Source of the DNA: Diploschistes diacapsis
Taxonomy: Eukaryota
Direction of reading: 5' to 3'
DNA: 35,496 nt
Assembly: GCA_023645945.1 (NCBI GenBank)
Contig: JALAIB010000072.1
Coordinates: forward strand, 1 to 35,496
Every line of letters starts with the position of its first letter. The stretch's first letter is position 1. This document shows, piece after piece, positions 24,101 to 35,120 of this stretch. Under the pieces are notes generated by a model. That model made no database searches and had not been told where the DNA came from. It saw nothing but the letters and a program-made list of their open reading frames with translations. The translations under genes and the position numbers were made by a program.

Positions 24101-24855
24101 GGCAATACTGAGCAGAAAATACTGGGTTCGGTACGTCCTCCGAGTGACAGATTCTGGCAGAATGCGTTTAGAGACCTGTTAGTGTGAGGGACGCCCTTTG
24201 GCAAGGATGTAGTTCCACTTGTGAAGAGAACAGTAATAATCGTGTCATCCGATTTGTCTCCCTGGGTTCCATTAATGGATGGCCCAGCAGCCACGGTCTG
24301 AATTAGGCTCTGAAATGTTGTCCAAGAGGCCCTCAATTGACTACCAGATACGACAATCTTGGTCTGCACGGAGCTCTCGTCTTGAAACAGCTCATCAAAC
24401 CTTGCGGCCACTTGGCTGTCTTGCACGATGATGTTTGAGGGCCCAACGACTCGAAGCATGTGGGCTGCTTCGGCAGCGTTCATCAAAGTCCGGTGATTGA
24501 GAGGAACAAAGGGGCATCCAAGTCTGTGCGCAGCCCAGAAAGCCAGCACAAATTCTATACCGTTGGGTAAGAACGTGACAATAGCCTCGCGGCGCTTCAC
24601 CCCGAGCCTTTCCAGGCCAGCGGTTAGTCTCTCCAGGGCTATACCGAGCTCAGCGTACGACCATCGAAGACAGCCATTGCTTGCGGAAGTAATCGAGATA
24701 CTATAGAGCGTAGCTGGCTGATGAAGACTTGCAACTGCAAGTTTATTCGAGTACGTCACGGCGGAATCGCGTAGTCTCTGCCACACAGGCGGCTCAGGAG
24801 GGCATTGACCGCCTACCCCCTCACTCAATTCTGAAAGCGTGAGAACTTTGTCCAT
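21168..24855 (-). CDS. Monomodular NRPS-like enzyme: adenylation (acyl-CoA-ligase type), carrier (T) and condensation-like domains, 1174 aa
   Basis: Exons 24855-23401, 23342-22575, 22524-22242, 22186-21168 splice in frame. A domain: FTSGTTSLPKG, GMTEG, TGD, GRYKDMIIRGAENI, PTTVSGKVQK. T domain: FADSVSFMRVR...DMVDNPTIASQ. C-like domain: INHLVQDA (HHxxxDG variant). Confidence 0.85.
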
Positions 24856-25256
24856 TGTGGCCTTTGGATGACGGAGATTTGAAAGCGACGAGAGGTACCC
24901 CTAAAAGCATTTCACAGCGCCCACCACGACATAGGCAAGATCCTATCCGAATAGACGGTTACTCCCGGAGCTCTGTTTGCAGATGAAATATACCCAAATA
25001 TGCCCATAAGAAGCACATGGGTAATATTCCAAAGGCTTTCGGCCTCGTGCCTCATTGTTCCCTGCTTTTTGCCTCTGTTCCCATAACATCATGCGTCTGT
25101 CTGCTGACATGTGATGTCGTCCTCCAAGGTCCTAAACCAAATAGAAGTTAATAAAACTTCGAAAAGACTATTATATATTTATGAAGGAAATGTTAAAATG
25201 TTATTAAGATTGAATGTTTTATTGACCTGAGTATTCATCACGAAAAGGCAAAAGCA

Positions 25257-25594
25257 GTTGCCTCGGTACCTCAGACACCTGTAGTCAAAATTAATCAATT
25301 ATTCGAATAGGAATATTTAAAGATTATATTCGAATATGAAATTAATAACGTAATTACATAAAACGACCGTTAACGGATCTAATAATAAGACTACAGGGCA
25401 TCAGACTATGAACCTGGCGCGCTAGTTGCGCAACTAATCCCCTTTGAGTAAGCCTCCAGCGCTAAGCCCCTTTGGGTCAGGCTGACAACATGCTGACGAT
25501 TGAGTCAGCACCCGCTAACTTGAATGAGCCTTAGTGGGAAGACTAACCCGTAAGGGGTTAGGCTCTGCTCTTGGGGTCTGCGTCCTGAGGCAAC
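25257..25594 (+). other. Nested inverted-repeat element with an AT-rich insert (candidate structured ncRNA or MITE relic)
   Basis: Ends pair (GTTGCCTCGG 25257 / CTGAGGCAAC 25594); inner hairpins 25491-25510, 25511-25538, 25543-25561; inverted repeat CCTGTAGTC/GACTACAGG at 25278-25286 / 25389-25397. Identity unknown. Confidence 0.45.
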
Positions 25595-25696
25595 ATGAAA
25601 GGGTAGTTAACACAGGAAGCATCCAAGTATACCTACCTGCTATAGTGTTTGTTTGTCATTACTCTTTGACAGAGCCCACTACCTGATGGGTTTAGA

Positions 25697-26808
25697 ATGA
25701 TCCCTACCTGTCCAAGATGTCTGCTGCGCAGGGGACAGAAGAGCATTGTATCTGGTATCCGCCAAACTGAGCTCTCGGGGAGGCTACTCCGAACCCGCTA
25801 CAACCAAACACGCCTTGCTTCCAATCCCGCAGATCGTGAAGGCTTTCTGAGCATAGTAGATACGCCTCCAATCCTTGTGAGGACTGGAAAGCGACATGGT
25901 CCTGGTCTTATAATACTTGGTTCGCCGTTCGCATTCAATAGGAGAGGTGGAGCTGATCGCCGCAAGCATTAATCCCTATCACTGCATTTGCTCTTGGAAC
26001 ATGGCAGATTTTCCGGCTGGAATGGAAGAGCAAGTTGATTGCCACCTTTGAGGATCGGCTGATCAAGGCACCTCTACCTTTACCTCCGCAAATAGACGCT
26101 TCCGCCATCAAAGAGTTTGATTACCGCCGAGTGTACGCTACCGGCCACTTTCGCCACGACCAGGAAATGCTTATTGGGCCTCGAATGCATGATGGCAACA
26201 ATGGATATCTAGTCATCACTCCCTTGGAGAGGGAAGGAAAGGGAACAACTGTTCTCGTGAATAGGGGTTGGATATCGAAAAACCTGTCCAAGCAGGCTGC
26301 TCGGCAAGGTGCTTTACCGCAAGGTATAGTTACTGTCCAAGGCCTGCTGCGAGAGCCCTGGAAGAAGAATCTCTTTACGCCAAACAACCAGCCGAACAAA
26401 GGGGAGTTTTACTTTCCAGATGTCGAGCAGATGGCAGCTCTGACTGGTAGCCAGCCTGTTTGGATTGAGGAGACGATGCGTAAGCTTCACTTTTCATGGG
26501 CCAGCTTTTTGTTGCTGACGGGCAATGTAGAGCCTGACCTTATAGAGGTGTACGATCGTGAGGCCAAAGGTGTTCCTATTGGGCGGGCAGCAGAGGTGAA
26601 TTTGCGAAACAATCACACACAATACATCTTCACATGGTAAGAAATTACTGAATTCTAAGCCTATATTCTCGGGGTATCACTTCATAAAGCTCATAAATCC
26701 GTTTACAGGTATAGTTTGTGCGCGGCAACGTCCATCATGTTCTGGATGGTCGCGCGGAAACCGCCATCGGATCTGGCGCGAAGAATCAGACAGAATAAGG
26801 AGTGGTAG
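25697..26808 (+). CDS. SHY1: SURF1-family cytochrome c oxidase assembly protein Shy1
   Basis: Introns 25920-25966, ~26479-26531, ~26637-26709; IPITAFALGTWQ, YRRV, GYLVITPL, LVNRGW, LRNNHTQYIFTWYSL. Confidence 0.95.
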
Positions 26809-26816
26809 TTGCACAA

Positions 26817-28607
26817 TCAGTTATCTTCTGCTTCGGACTCCTCGTCTTCCCCATCGTCGTCCGCAACCTCCGGCTTCTGCCGACCGTGTACCTTGCGGAC
26901 TTCATCCTTCGGAGGAGCCATTCTGATTTCTTGCTGCAGTTCTCGCGGCAGGAATTTTTGGGCAAGAGAGAACGGTGTGCTGGTCGCAGAGAGCAGCCTT
27001 TGTCTCTTCATTAGAGCAATCACGTCTGCTTCGGCAATGGTCTTTCGGCGAGCATGTTTCGAGTAGGCGCTTAAATCATCTCCCAACTGCTCAAAATACC
27101 ACTCTGTCGCCTGCGTTAGGGCCGCAACAGTGTCCCTATTGAGGTTTTTCCTTCTCTTCCCCGACGACCTCAAAAATGAGGTAGCGACGCTCTTCACCAC
27201 GCCTACAGGCAAGCTTGGGACAGGTATTCCGAAATGGGACTCGCGCGCGGCTTTCCGCTGGCGCTTTGTTTTATTTGGTGAATTTGCCACCTCAGCTGCA
27301 GCTGCCTCCATCTCTCGTTTTGATTCCAAATCAGAACCAGCAAGTGGAGGCTGGAAATCCTCAACGCCGCTGGACACTTCTTCGCCTTGCGGTGTGATCC
27401 CCTCTTCGCTGGGTAAATCCTCAACTTGTTCCGCCAGCGCAGGTACTTCTATTTCTTCCGGGCCAGGTAGATCCATTGGAATATCAAATCTGAACGTCGA
27501 GTCATCAAATCCAGTATCTCGTATGCGGTGATCTGAATGTAGGGATTCGTCTTGTGGGGAATCCTCTCGCTGCCGGAATACCATTCGTCGTAGGTCTTCA
27601 GTGTCATCCCTAGCAAAACGATGTCAGTTCACATTTGAACAATGAGGAGGATCCCTCACCCTTGGTGGCTATTCGGCAGAATGGAGTTGTCTATAACAAT
27701 ACTCATGCCAGGTGATGATTTCGCTCTGAAGGACTCTTCCGTAACAGGCCGCAGCTTGTCATCGGGCGTTAGGACTAAGCCTTCACTTAGTCTACTCGGT
27801 CCCCCGGGGTATGCCTCAGCCATCGCGCGTCGGGACGCCTCTATTGACCGCGAAGTAACATCATCGAGTGCCGAAATCTCGGGCGGTAATTGGAAACTAT
27901 CATCTTCGTCGATGGGTAATGACAGTCTTGGTCGAGCCCCTTGGTCGTCCTGCAACTCATCCTCGGATTCATCCAAGTCAGCTTCGGTTTGTGCTGGCGG
28001 CGTCTCTGGCGGTGGTGGCGGGATTTTCGCAGCAAGTACTAGCACACACCCTTAGTAATGATACCTTTTGTATACATATTTAAATTCCTACCCCTGCTCA
28101 AATTCCTCAATATATCCCTGGGCGAATCTCTCTGCTGCCTCCCACTCCTCCGCCTTTGCTCTCGACTCGGCGTCAGCGCCGCCTTCCTTCGCTGCTCAAG
28201 CGCTCGTATCGCATGTGGTGTCGAAGGCGCGCTTCTTTTCGCCGGTACTGGTCTGGGATATCTGCCGACACCCGAGGCTCCATATCTCCGTAGTGTTGCT
28301 GTTGTTCCGCCTACTTTCGAATCCGATGCCGCGCTTACACTCGGCGCTCGCCGCTGCGCGTTAGGGGTCGAGGAAGTCGCGCGGATCGTGCTGGCAAGTT
28401 TTCGCAACTGGGTAAGAATAAATCCATAAGCCCCGAAGGTCCACTTGACGCGCAAGACACTTTTTGACGTACGTTTGTAAATGGTGTGCTGCCATTTCCC
28501 AGTGCTTCGCTGGCGCTGCGCTTGATCGCGGGACGCGGGGTGACGCGTAGGGAGGTGATGCTGGGGGAGGAGAGCTCGTCATCTTCGCCTTCGGAATCAC
28601 GGCTCAT
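26817..28607 (-). CDS. Kinetochore protein CENP-T (Cnp20/Cnn1-like)
   Basis: Introns 28408-28472, 28039-28091, 27610-27659; disordered N-terminus (TPHAIRAL, SPRDILRNLSR) and C-terminal histone fold YFEQLGDDLSAYSKHARRKTIAEADVIALMKRQR...LAQKFLPREL. Confidence 0.88.
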
Positions 28608-29102
28608 TGTGGGCGACAGCGGATAGCGATGCGCTACTGGTGACTGCTGGGACCTCGTTGCACGTGCAAAGTAGCTAAACTACATGTAAAGTATTAGCGC
28701 TGAGGGCTTGCATGTTGATATTCGTAACTTTGAGATGTACCAAGCGGGTAATTTATTCCGGTAAGTTCCGTTCTCCGAGCCTATACCATCTTTCACAGGC
28801 TTGCCGGATAAAAAATGCTTCAAGTAAGTACTAAAATTAATGCGAATTATTTCCACAGAGCTTTATAAGAGCTAGCTCTAAGAACCAAACCCCTCTATGA
28901 AGCTTCAAAGTTCTCGCTATCTTTAGGATTTTACTAGTTCTTCTAGAGGCTCGCTTGTTCCATGGAGAGTGCTTCCTCTGTACAACAGAATCCCAGGAAC
29001 CTAAACAGCATCGGGCAATAGCTATTTGTTGCAGGCGAGACAGATATAACCACCATAAGTTGAGCATCTTCTAGAGTCGGGATTGTTTGAAAATTATCGA
29101 CC

Positions 29103-30145
29103 ATGTCCTCTCCAGAAGTCAGCGGCTCCGAGACTAAGAAGAGCCTGAAACGGAGGAGAGACTCCAGGGAACCTCCGGCTTCGAAACGCTCGCAGAAGCG
29201 CAAACGTGTTGGAACTCGCCGTGCAAATGTGGAAGATATAGATGAGGAAAGGGGAATTAACCTGGCGCTTGGGCGAATGAATCCGGATTTGCTAGCAGAT
29301 TACGTGGCAAGGAAGACGCAGCGTTTCGAAGACAAAGCTACACTTGTAGAGCTTGAAGATCGACGAATACCAGGTATGTTTCTGTCCCTAAACTGGACTG
29401 TACAGACACTTGCAGAAAGGGGAAGTCGAGCTTGTCGTGTTTTGAGTTTTGTGCTAAGGTTACTTCAGTGGGTGCATTCGCAGACACAACAGGATGGGAT
29501 AGTCCTCGATCTTTGGACAACTTCCCCGACTTTCTTGAGCATTTCTCAAAAGAGGGAGGCCCTCATGATCTGCGAACAGCTCCGAAGCAGAACGGAACTC
29601 CTCACACTATTGTCGTTACAGCGGCTGGTCTTCGCGCCGCCGACATCACTCGGTAGGCGTTCAGGCGGGATCCTTTAACTTGGGATTGACCGTCCTAGAT
29701 CACTACGGACATTTCAAAGTAAGGACTGCATCATAGCGAAGCTCTTCGCCAAACACATAAAGCTGAAAGAGTCCATCGACCTGCTGAAGAAGAAAAGGTA
29801 AGTGCTGAGCTAACCAGCTAATACGAACTTTTGTTGAATCAACGCTGACCTAGAGAAGGGTCAATATCGGTGTCGGTACTCCGTCGAGACTGATAGACCT
29901 CCTTGAATCGAGTAAGCCTTCATGTCTATATGTCTATTTAAGGAATTAATGGTGGCCACACAGACGCACTAAAAGTGGACAAGCTTGAGCGGATAGTGGT
30001 GGATATGTCGCATGTGGATCAGAAGAAGAGGGGTATATTGGATATGAAAGAGACGCAGAAGCCACTCATTGACCTCTTGAATCGCGACGAGCTAAAGCCG
30101 AGGTTCGGCTCAGAGAGTGAAGCAATACAGCTTTTACTCTTTTGA
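29103..30145 (+). CDS. CMS1: 90S pre-ribosome factor Cms1
   Basis: Four predicted introns; GTPHTIVVTAAGLRAADITR, AKLFAKHIKL, IGVGTPSRLIDL, IVVDMSHVDQKKRGILDM. Confidence 0.9.
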
Positions 30146-30481
30146 TATTGTGCTATGGGTTCCAGGACTAGCTCGCTCATGTTCTACGCTTAGCTTGGCT
30201 TTAATATTGTGTCTGCTCTTGTGTCAGAACCAAGGCCCAAATTCTATGAATGGGCTTCGAGGATATCCCTAAATATTGATATTGATTGCTTTTCGGGAGG
30301 CGTGTAATGTAACGTCCAGTCTGCCGCTCAGGGGCTCCACTAAATTCCCTGATCGCGCAAGTGCCAAGACGGAACATGCCGATATGAATTTTGCCAAGCC
30401 TCGTAGAGATATAGCTTCTTGACGACAACGATTCCTGATCCAAGCTTTTGCGACTCAAACCATAGCCTTCACCAAATCACC

Positions 30482-31034
30482 ATGGCCCAGTTCCGCGCGA
30501 AAACGCTCGATTTGGGCTGCTATGTAAATATACGCGTGATCAGAGATCATACCAAACGGTCAGTATTTGCGCAATGGGCAAACTCTGCGCTGGGGGGCTA
30601 ACGGGTTGCAGAAAAGTATTCGAGAAGTTTGAGACAGAGAGGTATGGCACCTTGCTGCACTCCCATGGCCTGAAGCAGCTTGGGAAAAAAAAGGGGGCTC
30701 GGATGGATGTCGCTGTGGGGAATACTGACTCTTTGGCCACAGACAAGCTCTCCGCTACATCATCCGCAACACCACCCTGCCGCAACGAACACGAGCACAG
30801 GCCCAGCTACAGCTCAGCTCGATGCACTGCTATACGCGCCCAACCCAGATTAAGAACAGGTGTATCATGGGAGGGAAGGGAAGAGGAGTGCTCAGAGATT
30901 TTCGGATGGCCAGGGTAAGAATAGTCTGCCCCCGGAGCCCCTGACCAAGATCATCGCTAACAGAGGGACAGTTTCAATTTAGGATGAATGCCATGCAAGG
31001 AAATCTACCGGGGGTCAAGAAAGCCAGTTGGTGA
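30482..31034 (+). CDS. MRP2: Mitochondrial ribosomal protein uS14m
   Basis: Three introns; IRDHTKRKVF, QALRYIIRNTTLP, TQIKNRCIMGGKGRGVLRDFRMARFQFR, LPGVKKASW stop. Confidence 0.95.
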
Positions 31035-31805
31035 TTGTGTATTGTGCCGGCGACAGTGTAGGATTGCTTTTATGGATTGCTTGCGGGAACGAAGAGCAGG
31101 AGATGGCCCGGCTTGACACTCTATACGGAGGACCTACATGTCATTGGTCACTGGCATGTATACTTGAGAAAATATTAGACTGCGGTTTTGTGTTTTGAGA
31201 GTGTCGCGGTCATCGGTTAGAGGCGCGTGAAGCTGTGACCGAGGATGGAAAGGAGAAATCCCCAGTTAATAAAGATTAAGAGAAAATCCCTTGACTTTTG
31301 AGATGTTGACATGCTCATCCTCCCTAAGGGCATTGCAAAGGTGGCCCACACGTATCATGAACACAAGAACAATGATGGACAGTGAATGTGGCCTATCAGG
31401 GCATACACAATTCGCGCAGGAAGAGTAAGTCAAGCCTTATACAAACCCTCTAACAATTCGCAAACACAAACGATTCAATTCACCTGGCATAAAGTCACGG
31501 GTCGCTCGAAAGTTCATTTTAATAGATGTTGAACTTAAGTTTCTAACCAAGGTTATGTCTACAGTCCCTTTCACGGAGAGGATATTCACACTGAAGTTTG
31601 TCGCTCCAGCACTGAGGAACAGTACTGCTCGGCCCTTGACGGGAAAGCCCTTTTCAAGGAGAAAGCCAAAGAGTTGAAGGGTGAGGAATCTGAGGAGCCC
31701 GCAAGGGAAATCCTCCAGGGCTTCAAAGGCAGAAGCGAGGGACGTCTTCAGAAGAAGTTTGAAGTCCTCAAATCCAGGTTCAGCGTTTGGAAGGGAAAGC
31801 TCAAG

Positions 31806-34153
31806 ATGGTCCTAAAGGCCAAGAAGGAGGCAGCGCCTCAAGACCCCTCATTTGGGAAGACCTTTGCCTCCTTAGGGTCGGTTGTCCTTTGGAAGATTGA
31901 AGCTTTCACTAAAGCACTTGCAGATACTTCATCAACAAGCAGAATCAGATACGTTCAATCGATGACCCAACTCAGCGCTATCATTTCCACTGGTCAAGCA
32001 ATGACCGCTATGTTGAAAGACGCAAGCAGGCGATGGACGGTATGGTCTTTTATTGCTGCTCAAGAGCTATATGAAATTCCATGTTACTGACATTGTTTGT
32101 GTTCGCAGACTGTATCCGTGCCCACATCACTACAAACCTTATCCATCGGAACAACATGGAGATGCGAAACGTGCCGAGCAATGCAACCGAAGAGAACGGA
32201 AAGCCGCACATTAAGATTCTGGTCTCTAGGAACATCGAACGTTCCAAGCGTGTCATTGTCTTTGTTGGCGAGGCTTCTCAGCCGCTAGGAACTTTGTCCG
32301 GTCGCCTGATTAACGAAAAGGACATCTGCTTTGGCTCATACATCGATTGGGTCACCCAAGCACAGAAAACCGATTTCAGGCATGAGATCGGGATCGTCAT
32401 TGCGAACGTGGGCGAGCTTGTCTGGTGCAAAAGCGAAGCACGCTGCATGACCCAGAACGCATGGTACGCTCTGCCTCGTGAGAGCGGAGTGTCACTTCCT
32501 TACGAAATGACGTCGGCCAATGTTGTCGAGCGAAACGAGGACGCCGAAGCTCACATCCGCTGTGTGTTCCAGGACATCCTTGGTCCCTTGGTGAAGCAGG
32601 GACCTCTGAGCATCGACTGTATCGGTATCGCTCAAACAGGCAACACTCTGGTCCGATTTCTTCAGAAGGACTGGTCCGATTGGGGGGCCAACATGTCCAG
32701 CATTGTCACCCTTGGTTCCTTCATCTTCGCGCGCGAATTCTTTCGGCCGGAATTCCATCAGTTCTATGTCAAGCGCTGCCGCACATATATCCAAAAGGAA
32801 TCCGATCAGCCCGCTCAGTTCGTGTACGTAGACCAGGACCGGTATTCCGAGTGTCCCATCATCAGCGCTGGCGAGGAGGTCGACCATATCGAATCGATAT
32901 TTCCCTTCGTTCACCAGTACGTTTCAGACTACTTCAAAATGCTGTGCCGCGAGCCTGGCTATACAAACGATAGTTTGGTCAGAGGTGCCATCATTCCACA
33001 AGTGGAGGAACGCGATAACGTCTGGTGGAAGGAACATGTCGGTTTGATGGAATATACCGAAGTTGAATCCGCTGGCAGCGTTATGGGAACCCCACCTGTT
33101 ACCGAAGCAGTGCACGCGGGAGAGGCTGAAGAGCCCAAGAAGACGATTTCCGCACTTAGTCCCGTCCAAGAAGCCACGGAGTCCGCAGGCAGCGTCCGCA
33201 ACTCCGGCCGGGCTCGTGGTGCGGCACTGGCGCCTGGCATCGGCCAGACACACAGACAGATTCGTCCCACCTCTGGCTTCACTGAATTTGAGAACGCAAG
33301 CACACCGACCAGGACAGAAAAAGCAAGCTCGCAGAATGGACATAATCAAGCTCAAGCTGGATCTGCGGCTAACCCTAGCGCGCACCACTTGCGTACTAAC
33401 CTTGGCACAACGGTGCAAAGTCTTACAGCCGACGCGCAGAGCGTACACTCTTCAGCCGGGCCCGGTCCTACCGAGTACGAGTTCGACGGTACCGCAAACG
33501 AGCAGACTCGCAGCACCGCCGGAAGACCGAGTGGCGCGCAGAGCATGCGCTCGTCCAACGGTCCCGGTCCGACCGAGTACGACTACGACGGCAGCTCAAA
33601 CGAACAAGGCCCCAACACTGTCTCGAATCCCGCAGCAGAGAAGGAAGAACCCCAGATGCCCCGCCGCACCACGTCCATGCACCCGGCCCCCCAATCCAGC
33701 GCATCCAGCAGCGAGCCCGCCGGAACCTCCGCCCCGCGCCGCTCGGGACAAGCAACTGCATTCGCGAACCAGCGCTTCGCCGTGCCCGACCCAGCCGCTG
33801 CGTCTGCACCGCGCTCCTTCCTCTCGCGCATCGAACCGCTCTCGCCTCTCCGCACGAGCACGGACCCCTCTGCTGCGTCCGGGACCGGAGACAATCACGA
33901 CGCCAGTAACGACAACGGCAGTCTGAGTGGCAACAGCAGCCGCGCTCACGCTGGACAGGACGAAGAGAGCAGAGCCCTGGGCAGCGAGAGCATGCGCGAC
34001 ATGCGGCTCGCGCTCGACCGCGCCGTGGCTTTTGCGCAGAGCCGGCGCGGCAGCCTCGCTTCCGTGGACACGGCGGGCTCGGCCGGGACGGGAGCTTTGC
34101 TCGACGACGGGCCCGGGGATAAAGATAAGGACAAAGACGATAGCGATGGGTGA
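31806..34153 (+). CDS. Arb2-domain protein (Argonaute siRNA chaperone subunit / FAM172-like) with long disordered C-terminal tail
   Basis: PQDPSF...LG/YFINKQNQIRSI across intron ~31877-31923, second intron ~32040-32108; PHIKILVS..VIVFVGE..LGTLSGR and GIVIANVGELVW fit the Arb2 domain. ATG 31806 is the first in-frame ATG. Confidence 0.75.
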
Positions 34154-34172
34154 TGGGGAGGGGCTCACGCTG

Positions 34173-34219
34173 GCTGCTGGTGCTGGTGCTGGTGCTGGTG
34201 GCGGCGGCGGTGGTGGTGA
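34173..34219 (+). repeat. Compound microsatellite (GCTGGT)n then (GGC)n/(GGT)n
   Basis: Read directly, just after the Arb2-domain gene stop codon. Confidence 0.8.
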
Positions 34220-35120
34220 GAATACCGGCAACTCTTAAAGGGGGCGTTTGTGGCTTCAGGGGGTTTAAAGGTTTATGCGCATCGGCCATCATGGGAGGAA
34301 GGGAAGCATGCAAAATGCTTTTGGGGTTTGCGAAGGCCAGCACCCAGATAAGAAGAAGGGGGTAGCTAGGAAGTAAACTTCAAACCACGACCTGGCCAGT
34401 TTGTGAGTCGCGAAATACACCTAGCTAAAATCAATGCGGCTCAAGAATGGAATACGAACCTGGAGTTGCCCTCTGTGAACGAGAACATACAGGAGAACTG
34501 AAACCGCGTAGAAAAGAAAGACGGGGGAAGGCTGGAAAGTACATGACAGCTAAACCTCGAACCTACCTTTTTTTTTCTCGGAGAGTTGTCAGGGGAGTTT
34601 CATCGTCGATGCTATTGATCCAGGTTTCAGGGGCCGCAGAAAAGTTACAGGCACGTTATAGGTAAAAAGCAAAAAGCTAATAAGCAAAGCAATGTAAAAA
34701 CCGGAGGAGTTATTCGTCCAGGGAATAGACATTAGCGTACACTAGCGTACATTCTCATCTCCTCTTCCTCTTCCTCTTCGGCCCCCCCCCCCCTTTTCTT
34801 CCTCAAACCCACTAGCTAGCTATTCATGCACCGTCGCTTGCCTGCCGCCAGAGCTTAGTAATATTACCATCGAACATGCCAACGCTGACTGGTGGCACCG
34901 TCTGTTCTAATTCCATTCCATCCCAATCCAATAAGGGTATAATCCGTCCATCGCATCGCATCGCATTGATTCATCCATCTCCCCCTTTTCGTTATCTCAT
35001 ATACCATGCCACACCATGCCCAATACATACCCACGAGAAAGGCCGGAAATGCCCAGCTCGTATACCTTCTCCCCACATCCACCCCAACGACATGGCCATC
35101 CTCCGCTCATCGATGCGATA

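Noticed and set aside
25493..25524. CTGACGA resembling a hammerhead ribozyme core
   Set aside because: No correctly placed GAAA after a stem II (GAAT instead), and the motif lies within the TGCTGAC/GTCAGCA hairpin.
25257..25640. Identification of the structured element as SRP RNA, RNase MRP/P, U1, U3 or a group I intron
   Set aside because: Only short, out-of-order resemblances (GGGGCTTA on minus, ATACCTACCTG at ~25629, GACTA/TAGTC in the wrong order); required partner motifs are missing.
8771..31034. Apparent cluster of mitochondrial genes (COQ4, reductase, MIX17, SHY1, MRP2)
   Set aside because: Interspersed with unrelated nuclear and cytosolic genes; no shared regulatory motif seen.
32924..34343. 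Long overlapping and antisense ORFs (up to 291 aa)
   Set aside because: Shadow ORFs of the GC-rich Arb2-domain tail with no recognisable motifs.
34730..34970. Short direct repeats, poly-C, (CTCTTC)n and (TCGCA)n
   Set aside because: Ordinary low-complexity sequence between convergent genes; no array or element structure.
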